A stretch of DNA of 64,000 nt from Camelus dromedarius. Its lineage: Eukaryota. Location: the NCBI RefSeq assembly GCF_036321535.1, contig NC_087454.1, positions 21,266,001-21,330,000 on the forward strand, written 5' to 3'. Under the pieces are notes generated by a model that had not been told where the DNA came from, made no database searches, and saw only the letters and a list, made by a program, of their open reading frames with translations. Position 1 is the first letter of the stretch, and each line of letters opens with the position of its first letter. Both the position numbers and the translations under genes were made by a program. Below, one piece after another: positions 35,501-47,600 of this stretch.

Positions 35501-38500
35501 AGCTCCCGGCTCTGGGAATAATTATCCTCCTCGGAGAAAATCTGGCAGAGGCTGGAGAAGACTCTGAGGCTGTCCCTGGGGGGGGTGGCAGCAGCCTTGA
35601 GGATGGGCCTGACTCAGTTCTCCCCTTCCCCACCCTCACCCCAGCCCAGTGCCCCATCCTCCCCACCTGGTTGTTTCCCCCCAGGCTGCCCGAAGCCTGT
35701 GAATGGGGCTGGATTGCAGGGCCGACACAACAGCATAAACTGAAGAGAAGTTTCGGAGCAGGCGGCACTCCTGTGGGGGTCACAGAGGGAGGCTGCTGCT
35801 GTGGGACCTCTTTCCACACCACAGTCCCCAAGAGGGCCGGTCCTATCTCTTACTTGTGCCACGCGGATCCACTTCTCCAGGAGCCGGGCCCTCTGAGGGG
35901 GACGAAGTGGCCGGACGGTCACCTCCCCAGACCGTTCTCCAGCTGAGGTAGCCCCCAGGACAGAGCTGACCACTGCCCCTGCCACCTTGTTGAACTGAGT
36001 GACAGTAGCCCGGACAGATGGGCAGAGGTGGGAATGTCCTGGCCGGTCTCTGTGACCCCACAGGCCCCCCAGACACTGGGAGGGGACCAGATTGAGAAAC
36101 AGCTCCTGCAGGGCAGAGGTCAGAGGTTAAATTTCATAGTCAAGTGAGGTCAGCCTTCAAATATCAGGGGTGTGAGGATCTCAAGTGGCCAAGAATCCAG
36201 AGGGACACAGGGTTTGAAGGGCAACAACCAAGGGGAAATGGGGAAAGGTCAAAACTGGGTGGACAGAGGAGACTGGGAGCTGGATCAGGAAGGACTGGAA
36301 GCAAGGTAAGGATCTGGAGTCAGGGACAGGNNNNNNNNNNNNNNNNNNNNNNNNNNNNNNNNNNNNNNNNNNNNNNNNNNNNNNNNNNNNNNNNNNNNNN
36401 NNNNNNNNNNNNNNNNNNNNNNNNNNNNNNNNNNNNNNNNNNNNNNNNNNNNNNNNNNNNNNNNNNNNNNNNNNNNNNNNNNNNNNNNNNNNNNGAGTCC
36501 ACCCGGGACCGGAGGTTGCGGATGAGGTCAGCGCTGTCCCCCCCAACACCCTCCCCAGCTGCATACCCTGTCCGAAGCAAGAAACTCTCAAGCCGGTCAA
36601 GCTGACCCTTGACCTCAGAGCCAAAATCCTCAGGGTGAGAGGCCAGCCAGGTTGACAGTACAGAGATGGCTACCCTGGGAGAAGGGGAATCAGCCAGGGG
36701 TCAGATGACAGGCTGCAGCTTGGGCATAGGGAACCGAGAGGTTAAGGGCCAGGGGTCACTCACCCTTTTGTCCTCTCTAGTTCATCAGTAGGATGAGATT
36801 CAAGGGCTTCCAGCCTGGGGAGGGGAAGAGATTCTATCTGTCCGTTTTTTCCAAACCCCCAGTGGCTTTGACTATTTTGGTGACTATTCTGGCTTTAGAA
36901 AGTCCAGACACCTCCATGACCCTTGGTCTCTTATGACCCTGACCTGTCAGCCACAAGCCCTAGTAGGGCAGGTGTAGAGGTGAAGGCCCGGTGGGTGGCC
37001 AGGAAGGCTGCTGTGAAGGTCACGTCAGCCCCTGATGTCCGGGCATCCAGCAGGTGTCGGACAAGGGCCTCCAGTGTGCCAGCTCGCAGCCTCCGGGAGG
37101 AACGCGGGGGAGGCCTCGGGGCCTGGGGAAGACAGAGGGCCCTTTTTCAACTCTGCCCCTAGGTCTCTGGGGGAAAAAATCCCAGACCTAGGAGAAGATC
37201 CAGGCTCACTGTATTAAAACTCAGAGAGAGCAGAAGACTTGACCTAAGTCACACAGCAGAGTCCGGTCTCCAGACCTCTAACCTAGCACTCCAGCCAGAA
37301 AGTTGGTCAGAGGGAGGGGAACTGGGAGGCCAGAAGTCAAAGTTATGATCTCACCAAGGGATCAAGAGGCTGATACTGGCGACTTGTGACAGTAAAGATG
37401 GCACCATCCTCCTCCTCATCCCAGACAGATACAGGGACCTGGAGGAGCAAGGCAGGGTAGGTCAGAAAGTTCCACACCCCAACTGCCCAACCCTTACCCC
37501 CAGGCCCAACTCCTCCCTTGGTACCCCTCACCTGTTGCGGAGGGAGGCAGTACCAGCGAGTACGAGGGGTGGGGGGGGCTGGTGACCCCAGGTCTCCCCC
37601 ACTGGGGCCCAGACAGCCCCCCCCAAGCCGTCTTAGGGCCCGGTGGAGTCTAGGAAGTAGTAGTGGGGGGTTGGATGGAATGCAGAAACCCTGATCCTGG
37701 AGACTGCTGTAGCCCCTTCCCCCCAGAGCTGAACCCCAGAACAGAAGAGGATCAAGGCGCAAAGTGTAGAAAGGGGAAAGCGAGAAAGGTAGAAAGCCTG
37801 AGGCAGAGACCTTGAGAAGCTGAAACCTGTCACAGGCACAGCCGCATGCTCCGCCCTCCCCCGCAGGAACTGGCCAAGCCCAAAGAGTTAGTCCTTCCCC
37901 TTAGCCCCCTTTCCCCGGGTCCCTCAGCCCTGGAGACCCCCCTCAAGGTGGCGGCTCAGATCCCAATACAGGAAGGAGAAGGGGAAGTGGGTTGATGGGG
38001 GGGGGCGTAGACTCAGAGAGTCATGTGACCCAGCCCTTCCCCCAACCGATCCCGAAAAACCAGACCTGCTAGTCACCCAGACTCTGGACCCAAGAGTCCA
38101 AAGCCTCGGGGCTCCAAATCCAACTTCTGGCCCTTCCCGAGGCCCCAATCCCAGCCACCGCCATTAGTCCCATAGAAAAGCAGGTGACCACCCGCCAATC
38201 GGCCTGGGATGGTCCCTTCAAGGTCCGAGAACCTTGGCTTCCCGCCTCCACCCAGCCCGAGGCTGGTGGGGGGAGGGGTCACGAAATCGAAGGGTTCCTT
38301 CCCCAATCCTGGATTCAGAGGAGCGGGTTACTGTGGAAACAAACCCCTCCCCGGCAAACAAAAATAAGGAGGGAGGCAGGGACCTAGACAAAATGCCCAG
38401 AGACAAGCACACGCGGGCATAGGTGGAGCGGGCCAGAGACCCGCAGGAGAGCCAGCCAGACGCTCCTGGCAGAAACCGGGCAGGTTCCTGCGGACAGGTC

Positions 38501-38856
38501 CTGAATCACACTGCCACAGAGAACCACAGAAACGCCGGGACTCCCCGCAGCGGGGAGACAGGCAGACACCAGCAAGGGGCACGGAAGTAGCTGAGGCTGG
38601 GAGGAAGAGATGAAGGGACACAGAGACACGAAGAGAAAGGTGGAGAGTCTCTGAAATATACACGCCCAACCTCCCACCACCCGCATCTCACCTCGTCTTC
38701 TTCTTCCTCCTCCTCCTCCTCCTCCTCCTGCCCCCCGCCCACGCCCCGGCCACCTGGGCCCCCACCCTCTTCGGGGTCTCGGCTCCGGAAGCTGCTCAGT
38801 ACGACTCCCCCGGAGGGGCTCGTGTCCCAAAGCAGCCGCAGGGGCCGCGGGAGCAT
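32569..38856 (-). CDS. RGL2: Ral guanine nucleotide dissociation stimulator-like 2 (REM, CDC25-type GEF and RA domains), about 780 aa
   Basis: Coding exons 38692-38856, 37355-37438, 36944-37122, 36764-36814, 36674 into the N gap, 35854-36105, 35667-35770, 35491-35575, 35341-35409, 35068-35142, 34446-34478, 34203-34324, 34011-34106, 33821-33932, 33421-33711, 32910-33024, 32569-32780. MLPRPLRLL...[14 protein letters not shown] on - at 32138-32143. Confidence 0.96.
34640..34935. mobile_element. Two adjacent MIR fragments in an RGL2 intron
   Basis: CACTTCACAGATGAGAACATCAGAACTCAGAAAAG..AACTTGCCCAAGATC and CCCATTTACAG..AAGGCACAAAGAAGTTAAATAAACTGGTCAAAG. Confidence 0.65.
36331..36494. other. Assembly gap (164 N) inside RGL2 coding exon 5 and the next intron
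   Basis: Run of N. The RGL2 frame enters the gap after ...RNLRSRVD. Confidence 0.99.
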
Positions 38857-39499
38857 GGCCGAGTGAAGGAATCAGCGGGGTCGGGCCATGGGGGCGCCTG
38901 GGGAGAGACAGGAGGGGGAGGCAGGTGGAGAGTCAGGTGGGCGCGGGGAAGCCGGGAGGGGAGGTACGCGGGTGGGTTCTATGTTTTACTAGATGGGAGT
39001 CCTGCAGGGAGGCTGGGCGGGGGGCAACACAGGGGTGGAATTGGGGGGGGGGCTGGTGCATTTTGAGGATGGGGGTCACGAGTACAGGAACGGGCAGGGT
39101 CACTGGGTGCTCTGGCTCTGACCTGCTCTGGATGGGTGGGGGCAGCGCGGGTCCCGGGCCGCTGTTCCCGTCCGTCTCCGGCCCCCGATCAAGTTCCTGG
39201 ACTGAGTCCCCTCCCCGGCTTTTCCGCACCCCCTTGTACCCCCCCCCCGCCAGACTCCCGGGCCCTCCCGCCCTTTCCGCTCCCCTCAACGTCCGCCCGC
39301 TCCGAGAGCAGGAGCCAAAAAGGGAAGGAAGTGAGGACAGGAGCCAGGGCTGCGGACTAGGGGAGCGTTGGACACCAGAGGTCAGGACCCAGAGGCCCGG
39401 GTCACGAGCAACGCTGTCCTTGGGTCCCACTGACTCGGGGATCCTGGAATTCAATTCGCCCCGCACTGAATTGGGATAAAGATTCCAGTCTCCAGCCCC

Positions 39500-39850
39500 C
39501 GGGGAAGAGCAGGAGCAGTATTTGACATCCCCCTCTCCCGACACAACGACGAGGCTAAAACTCCCGCGGGAAGTGTTTTAGGCTGGGACGGACCTAGTTA
39601 CTCCAGCCTTCGGGGTTACTCTCCCACCCGCACTCACGCGTATAGCAGGCCGAAATCCACTCCGGCTTTTCCGAGAAACCCTCGGCTTCCGCCCGCTTGA
39701 AAGGGGGCGGGGCAGGAAGCTGCCACTTCCGGTTCCAGACGGCGCTCCGGGGTTTCCGAGGCTGGGATCTCCGCTCCCTTACGGTCACCCCCGGAGAGCC
39801 CGAGGCTTGAGGGCATCCTGCCTGCCATTAGCGGCGCCTGACCCCAAAAT
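39500..39850 (-). promoter_or_regulatory. RGL2: RGL2 CpG-island promoter / non-coding first exon region
   Basis: CpG-rich. GC box GGGGCGGGG near 39704. ETS ACTTCCGG near 39726. The first coding exon has an acceptor at 38897, which implies an upstream non-coding exon. Confidence 0.6.
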
Positions 39851-40599
39851 ATTTCGAAAGGGGATTGGGTATCGCAAAGGCGTTTTAGAGGTCCGGGTCA
39901 CGAAGGAACCACTGGTGATTGGAAGTCATTGTGCTTGGAAAGGGGATCCCTGGAGTAGAATGGAGACCCCTGGAGTAGAATGGAGACATCCCCGTTGGAA
40001 GCACTCGAGCAACTTTATTTCCCACAAGATTAGACCCGCTCCCCGCGTCTGTTTTGCCGACCATTCTGCCCTCCTGAGGTCCCTAAGCCGAGGCGGCCGC
40101 TTCCTTCCTCCAATAGTTACTTGCTCCAACACCTGATTTTGAATACTTAGGACGCCAAAAGACTCCAATTTCTTACATTGAGCGGCCTCCAGTGGGCGCC
40201 AGGCCCTTTGCCTGCGCGGAGGACACAGCAGTGGACAGACAGGCTCATCCTGGCCTTTGAGAGGCCCGACAGTCCGGGCGGGGAGACAGGCATTTAACAA
40301 CGACTCGAACGATTACTTAAATACAACCATGGCGAACCGCACAAGAGGGACACGCGGCGGTCTGAGGGAATAACGAGGCTGACCTGGTCTGGAGCCCGGG
40401 GAGGGCGAGGGTGGACCAGACCGAGGGAAAAGAGCTCTGGGACCCAGGGAGGATAGGAGGCCATTGGAGGAAAGGATCAGCCGCCAGTGGGACAAGCATC
40501 GAGAGGAGGGCTGGAGAGCACCAAGTGGGCTTGAAGAGGGATGCATAGGCCAGGACAAGAAGAATGGATCTGGCCTCTAGAGCACCGGTTCCTATTCCA

Positions 40600-40910
40600 G
40601 AGGTCCCTGAGACTATTTCAGGGGGGTATTTAAACTATTTTCATAACAATACTAAACTATTATTTGCCTCTTCGCTCTCATTCTCTAAAAAATGTACAGT
40701 AGAGTTTTCCTGAAGCTACATGGTGTGTAGTGACATTGTCCTCACAGCTAATGGAAGTGTGCTTGTGTATTCCTGTGTATTAAATTGTTCTCAATTTTAA
40801 GTTCTAATACAATAAATGTCTATAGTTTATAACCCACACAAGAAAAGCTCTATAGAGTCCTTGGTAATTTTCAAAAGGTCCTAAGACCAAAAATTTTGAG
40901 AACCGCTGCT
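40600..40910. mobile_element. hAT-Charlie-type MITE remnant in the TAPBP 3'UTR
   Basis: AT-rich, ending ...AAAAATTTTGAGAACCGCTGCTCTAG, typical of hAT MITE termini. Subfamily uncertain. Confidence 0.5.
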
Positions 40911-41085
40911 CTAGAGCTCTAAGAAGGTGAATACCGTGGATTTGTGTCTTTTAAGAAAACATTCTGGCCGCTCAGTGGAAAGAGACTGAAGGGATCAGGA
41001 ACAGAGGGTGTACAATTTGGGAGAGTTACTACAATAGCTCAGACCAGAGATGATCATGGCTTCCCCAGGATGGTGGCGAGTGGCC

Positions 41086-44000
41086 TCACTGTGTTTTCTG
41101 GAAGAGAAGTGAAAAGGAGGTGAGGAATTCAGGATTTTAGAAAGCAGGGTGAAGTGTTTATGGTCAATCCAGAGACAAATTAACATCACAGGCACAGACG
41201 GTGGCAGAAGAAAGAGGCTAACACTTTCTGTATGTTTTCTGTCTGGTGGATGCTGTGCCAAGGGGTTTTGCTCCTGCATCTTTCAAAGGAGATGCACTAT
41301 CTCTAATCATCCCAACAGCCCTCCGAGCCTCTGCTGTCCAGTAGGGAATCCACCACCCACTTGTGTCTGTTGAGCATTTGAAATGTGGCTAGTCCGAATT
41401 GAGGTGTGCTGACAGTTTAAAATAAACCCCTGCTTTTGAAGACTTAGGATAGAAAAAAACACTGTAATTTCTTATACTGAGTACATGTCAAATGATAATA
41501 GTAAGGATATATTAGGTATATTTTTACCTTTTTAATGCAGCCACTAGAGTATGTACTTAAATTTACCTCTGTGGCTTGCATGATATTTCTGTAGGACAAT
41601 GCTGCCTAAGTAATTTATTGTTTAATTTTTTTACTTAATTTTTTTGGAGGTACTGGGGATTGAACCCAGGACCTTGTGCATGCCGAGCATACACTCTACC
41701 ACTGATCTATACCCTCACCCCCATCCCCAATTTTTTATCCCTACATCCAAGAAAGCTGAGGTGTAGCATGTTCAAGGTGGCCAGGTTTAACAGAGGTTTG
41801 TGTGAATTCCAAGTCTGGTTTCTACCCACCAGGCCAGCAGCCTCCCTCGTGGGTGAGGAGTTGGAAGGAAGGGTTAAATGAGAAGGGAAAGATAAAGGAA
41901 GGTGGAGTGTTGTTACCTTCTCTGTTGAATCCTTGGAAGTGGCCTGGTAGGCAGCTGTGGAGAGAGATGGAGAAAGGATGGGATGGGGAGTAGTAGGGCA
42001 GAGGAATGGGGGTGAAGCTTCTGGGAGTAGGCAGAGAATGTCTGCCAGTCAAGGGTCCCAGTCTAGGTGGGGTTCACACTCACCAGCCCAGCCCAGCGCC
42101 TTGACAAGCCCGAGGATGAGAAAGGCAGACAGGAAGAGGCCTACGCCGTCCTCCAGAGAGGGCCCAGAGAGACCTGGCAAGGAGAAGCTGTAAGAGTGAG
42201 TCTTACATTCCCAGGCACCAGACCCCAGCTTCTCCATCTTCCCAGCTCTTACCTGCCACCTGCAGGGTGACCTCGGCGCTGCGCCCCAAGGCTGGCAGGC
42301 TAGGGTGGTGGACACGACAGGCATAGCGTGCCCCATGCTGCCTAGTGGTGACTGGGGGTGGTTGCAGGTGTGCAGAGAGACTGACAGAGCCATCTGAGTG
42401 GTGGCGCAGGGCAGACAGCCACCTCTGCCCCTCGGCCTTCTGAAAGCTGCCCTCTGGACCTCCCCGGAGCTCCCACTCCACCTTCAGGCTGTCAGAGGGG
42501 TAGAAGTGGGACACCAGGCAAAGCAACTCCGGGGGTGCCTCCCCGGGGGCGGCCCATACAAGAGGTGCTGGTGTCAGGGACACCGTGGGGGGCTCTGAGG
42601 AGAGAGTGAGAAAGGAGCATGGGGGAATCATCTACATTGCCCTGCCTCGGAGACCCTCAGTGGGCCCTCTGGCTCCCCCCAAACTGAGAGGGGTTTGGGT
42701 TTTTTCTTCCAGGATGGGGAGCCCACCAACTGCCCATTGGTGTTTCACAGGAATCCCTGTGCCAAGGCCCCTATTCTCAGGGACCCCTATTCCCTCAGAT
42801 TTGGGAATGTTCATCCCAAAGCCTCTCTGACACCCAGGGACCCAAGTCTGTCTCCCTCTACTCACCCAGCACCCTTTTCTCCACCATCCCTCCCCTTGTC
42901 ATGGTGTCCCCATAACCCCAATGACCACCCTCTACCCATGGGGACCCCTATCCCCTCACTCACTCTGCACAGCAAGCTCCAGGGTGATCTGCCCTTGCAG
43001 GTATGGCAGGTGTACAATGGCCAGATAGGTGCCCTCCTGGAAGGGCCGCACTGCAGGCAGCCAGAAGGTTCCATTTCCGGTCCATGGACCCAAGGGCTCC
43101 TCATCATCCCAAGCAGCAAATGCCACCGCTCCCTCTTGGGCAGCTGGCATTTGTGCATTCAGCCCAGGAGTTGCAGCCAGCAGCAGGTGCCCCTTACCCT
43201 GGTGTTGCCGTCGCCACTCCAGCCCAAAGGGAGGGGGACCTGGGGCCAGACATGTAGTAGCCTTGGGGGTGGGCGGCATGTAAGCAAAGCTCAAGTCCAG
43301 CAGGGCATCTTCTCCCAGTCGGATGCGAGGGGTGGGGGTGTGAGTGAGGACAGTCAGCACAGCTAGGGAGCATGGGGAGAGGAGGGAGTGGAGGGGCATG
43401 CGGGAGAGAAAGAAGGAAAAAATAGAGACATGGAGTTATGGGGGGATTCAACTCCAATTTACCACCCCACCTTCTTCCACCATCTCCCAGCCCTCCCTGC
43501 AAATCCCCTTTGCCTGAGACTGAGTGGCACCCGGTGTGACTGAGAGTGAGCAGAGAGGTCTAGAGGCGAACAAGAGCAGTGAATGGGGATGGCCACTGAA
43601 GGCTGCTCTGAACACACAGCCTGCTCAAGCTCTGGGGACAGCGGGATCTGAGTGTGCTTCTGACTCAACCTGAACCAGTCCAGTCTCCATACCCTACCCT
43701 TGGAGAGCCAGGCCTTTAGTTTGCTGGTGAACACAGTGAAGACTCAGGACTGTCAACCCTGTGGTGCTATACAGAGTATTTACCGACTCTGGAAGGTTCT
43801 GGTTTTTGCCTAAACCTGAACACAGACTGCTGTGATCTACTGAGGCAGTATACGCAGTAAGTACCTGGAGCCTTGTGGCTCCATTAAATAAATAAACAAA
43901 CAAACACACACACACACAAACCTAATTATCTCCCCACCAAAAAAAAAAAAAAAGGGAAAAAGAAAAAGACAGGCAGCCTCTGCCCTCAAATTGTGTACAG

Positions 44001-44650
44001 TCTAATAAGGCAGATAGATGATCAAACTGCAAAATAAAATGTGCCATGTGCTATCCCCATCAGGCCCTACTTCTGTGTCCCAAATAGATCTTACGTCTGT
44101 TTCCAACTCAAGTTCTCATCAATATACACCTGGACAATGACAACAGCCTCCTCTCAGGTCTCCCTATCCTCAGTCTCTCTCGCCCCTTCATTTCTTCCTC
44201 CACACTGTAACCAAATAATGTGGCTTCAAGTCTGATCCAGTCACTTGCCTATTTAAAAATATCAGCTACCTAAGAGGCCAGCAACTAAAGGCACAGGCTA
44301 AAGCTAGATGGCTTGGGTTCAATTCTGAGCCCTGCTTCTTACAAGTTGCACGGCCCTGGGCAAGTCACCTAACTGCTCTGTGTCTCATATTTCTTCATCT
44401 GTGACATGGGGATAATATCAGTACCTAGTTCTTACAGTTGTTGAGAGGAATAAATAAGATTATGCCTATAAAGTGCTTAGAACAGGACCTGGCATACAGA
44501 AAATACTTAGCTGTTACTATTTTCATTACTGTCATCATCATCAATTTGGGAAAATGACTTTATCTATATTTTACCCATTAGTCCAATGATATGATCCTTG
44601 CCTACCTTTTGTAAAAATCTAGTAAAATAGCAGGCTTCTGGGGAAATGGT

Positions 44651-44696
<46 letters not shown>

Positions 44697-47600
44697 CTTC
44701 TGATGGTTCACTATCACTTATAAACCTCAATAATCCAGTCAGAACCCACCTTTCCAGACTTCTCTTGCATCCTAAGAACCAGCCACATAGAATCCCTGTC
44801 TTGTGACCAGTAGAAACTCTAACCATTGGTCTTTGCTTTGTTCAATAAAGTTCCTTCAGTTTACAAGGCCCCTCCCCATTTTCTCCAACATGTAAATATT
44901 CCATGTCCCTCAAGATCTGTTCCACTGCCAGAAATGTCTGCGTCTTCAAGGCAGAAGTAATCTTTTTTCTCTTGTGATTATTTTTATGTAAGTTTAAATC
45001 CTAGCTTCTTAGGCCTACAAGGTTAAACTTCTCTGAACCTCATGGGATTGTTTTTGTTCAATAGAGTGAAAAAAGTAAGCAAACTCACTTAGTGTATTCA
45101 AATCCAAAAACATACTTTTGAAGTGTTAAAATCAATCTGTAGGATTAATAAACAAAATCTAAAGATTTTACAGTTCAACCCTTAAGCTAGCCCTTTAATA
45201 TGGGTTATTAAAGCAATTTGAGATTTGCATCCCACAAATGGAACTCTGTGAAAATACAAATATAAACACAACAGGGCCAGAACAATAAGGACATTTCTAC
45301 CTGTTCTGTAGTTTGTACTATATAGGTTTTTGCTTTTCTGTTAAAAGGTGAATGGTAACAACTATTATAAAGTATTAGTGAAAAAATTCAAACCCAAATC
45401 TAATCAAGCATCTAGATCTAACTGCCAATTTATAGGTACTATGGAGAGAAAAGGAACAAGGGAAATGACATGATGAGGAAACAATTTGCCAAATACTGAA
45501 AGTGGGAACTTCTACAGAACAAATGACAAATCAATAGCATTTAAAAGGGTGGGGCAATTACAAAGAAAAGAGACTTAAGAGACAAAATTTTAAGGACTAA
45601 ATATCTGTGGTTCTCCCTCCCCGCCTACCCTTTCAATTTGTATGTGGAAGCCTTGACCCACTGTATGACTGTATTTGGAGACAGTGACTGTGAGGAGATG
45701 ATAAAAGTTAAATGAGGTCATAAAGGTAGGGCCCTAATCTGATAGAGCTGGTGCCCTTATAGGAAGAGGAAGAAACACCAAGAGTTCACTCTCTCTCCTC
45801 TGTATCAGGACACAGCCAGAAGGTGGCCATCTGTAACCACAGGGGAGGGTTCTCACCAGACACCAACCGTGCTAGCACCTTGATCTCAGACTTGATCTTT
45901 GACTTCTAGCCTCCAGAACTGTGAGAAAATAAATTCCTATTGTTTAAGCTACCCGATCTATGATATTTTGTTCTGGCAGGCCGAGCAGATTCAACAACCA
46001 ACTATAACACAGATTTCTTTTTGATCCTAATTCAAGCAAATCAACTGTAAAAGAACGTCATTGAGACAATTGGGAAATTTTTAATATGAGTCAGGAATTA
46101 AATGATATTAAGGAATTGTCTGTTTTGTTAGGTATGATAATACTATTAAAGTGGGGGTTTTATTAGAGTAATTTTCTTTTAATGGACATACTGGGGATTG
46201 AACCCAGGACCTGATGCATGCTAAGGATGCACTCTACCACTGAGCTGTATCTTCCCCCCTCAAAGCCATTATTTAATAGAAATGCTTACTGAAGTACTTA
46301 TGAGTAAAATAATATGATAGGATATACTTAAAAACACTTCCAAAAAAGAGTAGAAGGTTGGGGGAAGATATGTGAAACAATTTGTTAAAATGTAATTACA
46401 ACTATGCAAGTGGGTAACAGGCATATGGGGGGTTCAATTTACTATTCTCTACTTTAGCATGTCATTGAAATTTTCCACAACAATGTTTTAACAGAATGAT
46501 GAGAATTAAATGCCATACACACGAAGTATATTAATAAAGTATATTTGTCAATAAACATTTTAGAGTATTTGATAACTAATTTGTTAAGAAATAATGTATA
46601 AATGTATATTAGCAAAATTACCAATGATTTGTGACCCTGGAAAGAGTCCATTTTTAATTTTATATTAAAAAAACAACTTTCATTTTTTAAAATCCCTAAT
46701 CAAGCAGAAATGCTTGAAGAGGAAGACTGAGCACAGCAAGGAATTTTCACCCCCAGTGGTGGATGAGATACAATACTTTTCCCACCTGGGCACTCCCATG
46801 GCTCCCTATCTGCACTTCTTTTATGGCCCAAGTTACTTTCCACTCTACAATTATCCATGACAGATCTGATGAGAACTTTCTTGAGGGTAGAATCTACATC
46901 AGATCACCTTTGTGACCCTTAAAAATATCCAGGGCCACCCCAGAGATTTTGATTTAATTCACCTGGAGTAGGACTTAGGCTTCAGTATATTTTAGAAACT
47001 TCCAAAAAGGATTCTTATTTGCAGCCTGGACTGAGAACTACTGGGCCCTTATTTATTCTTGGTGCTAATTTAAGTTATGGAGTCAGCAAATAAATTAACA
47101 AAGTACCTCCCTTGATAGTCACAACGAAGGAAAGGCAGATGGGAAATACTGTCCACATTTTACAGTTGGAAAAGTAGACTCAGAGAGAAAATGACATTCT
47201 CACCCCCACCTCATGAAGCCAGGAAATATTCCTGCCTACTAGAGAGAGCTACTGTCCCCACAAGCAGCAGTTTACCTCTGCCCCTGCCCAGGTCGAGGTC
47301 TGGTGACTAAGAATGGAGATGTTAGCAGAGGTGAGGGCTGCAGGGTGGTTGCTGATTCCTGTAGATGATTCTCAATGAGGAGGGTGGCAGGGAGAAGGTA
47401 CTGGGGGAGGGGAAGGTGTAGGGCTGGGCTGGGGTTGACCAGGAGGTCAGGCTGTATTTTTTCCATAAAATCACACAAGGCTGAAGGAAACTGAAGACTC
47501 CATTCATACCCTACCCACCCTCCCGAGAAGAGTTCCTAGAAATCCCAAATCCCCGCCAGATCTTCTCCATTCTTGCTTTATCCATCCACTCCCTCCCTTC

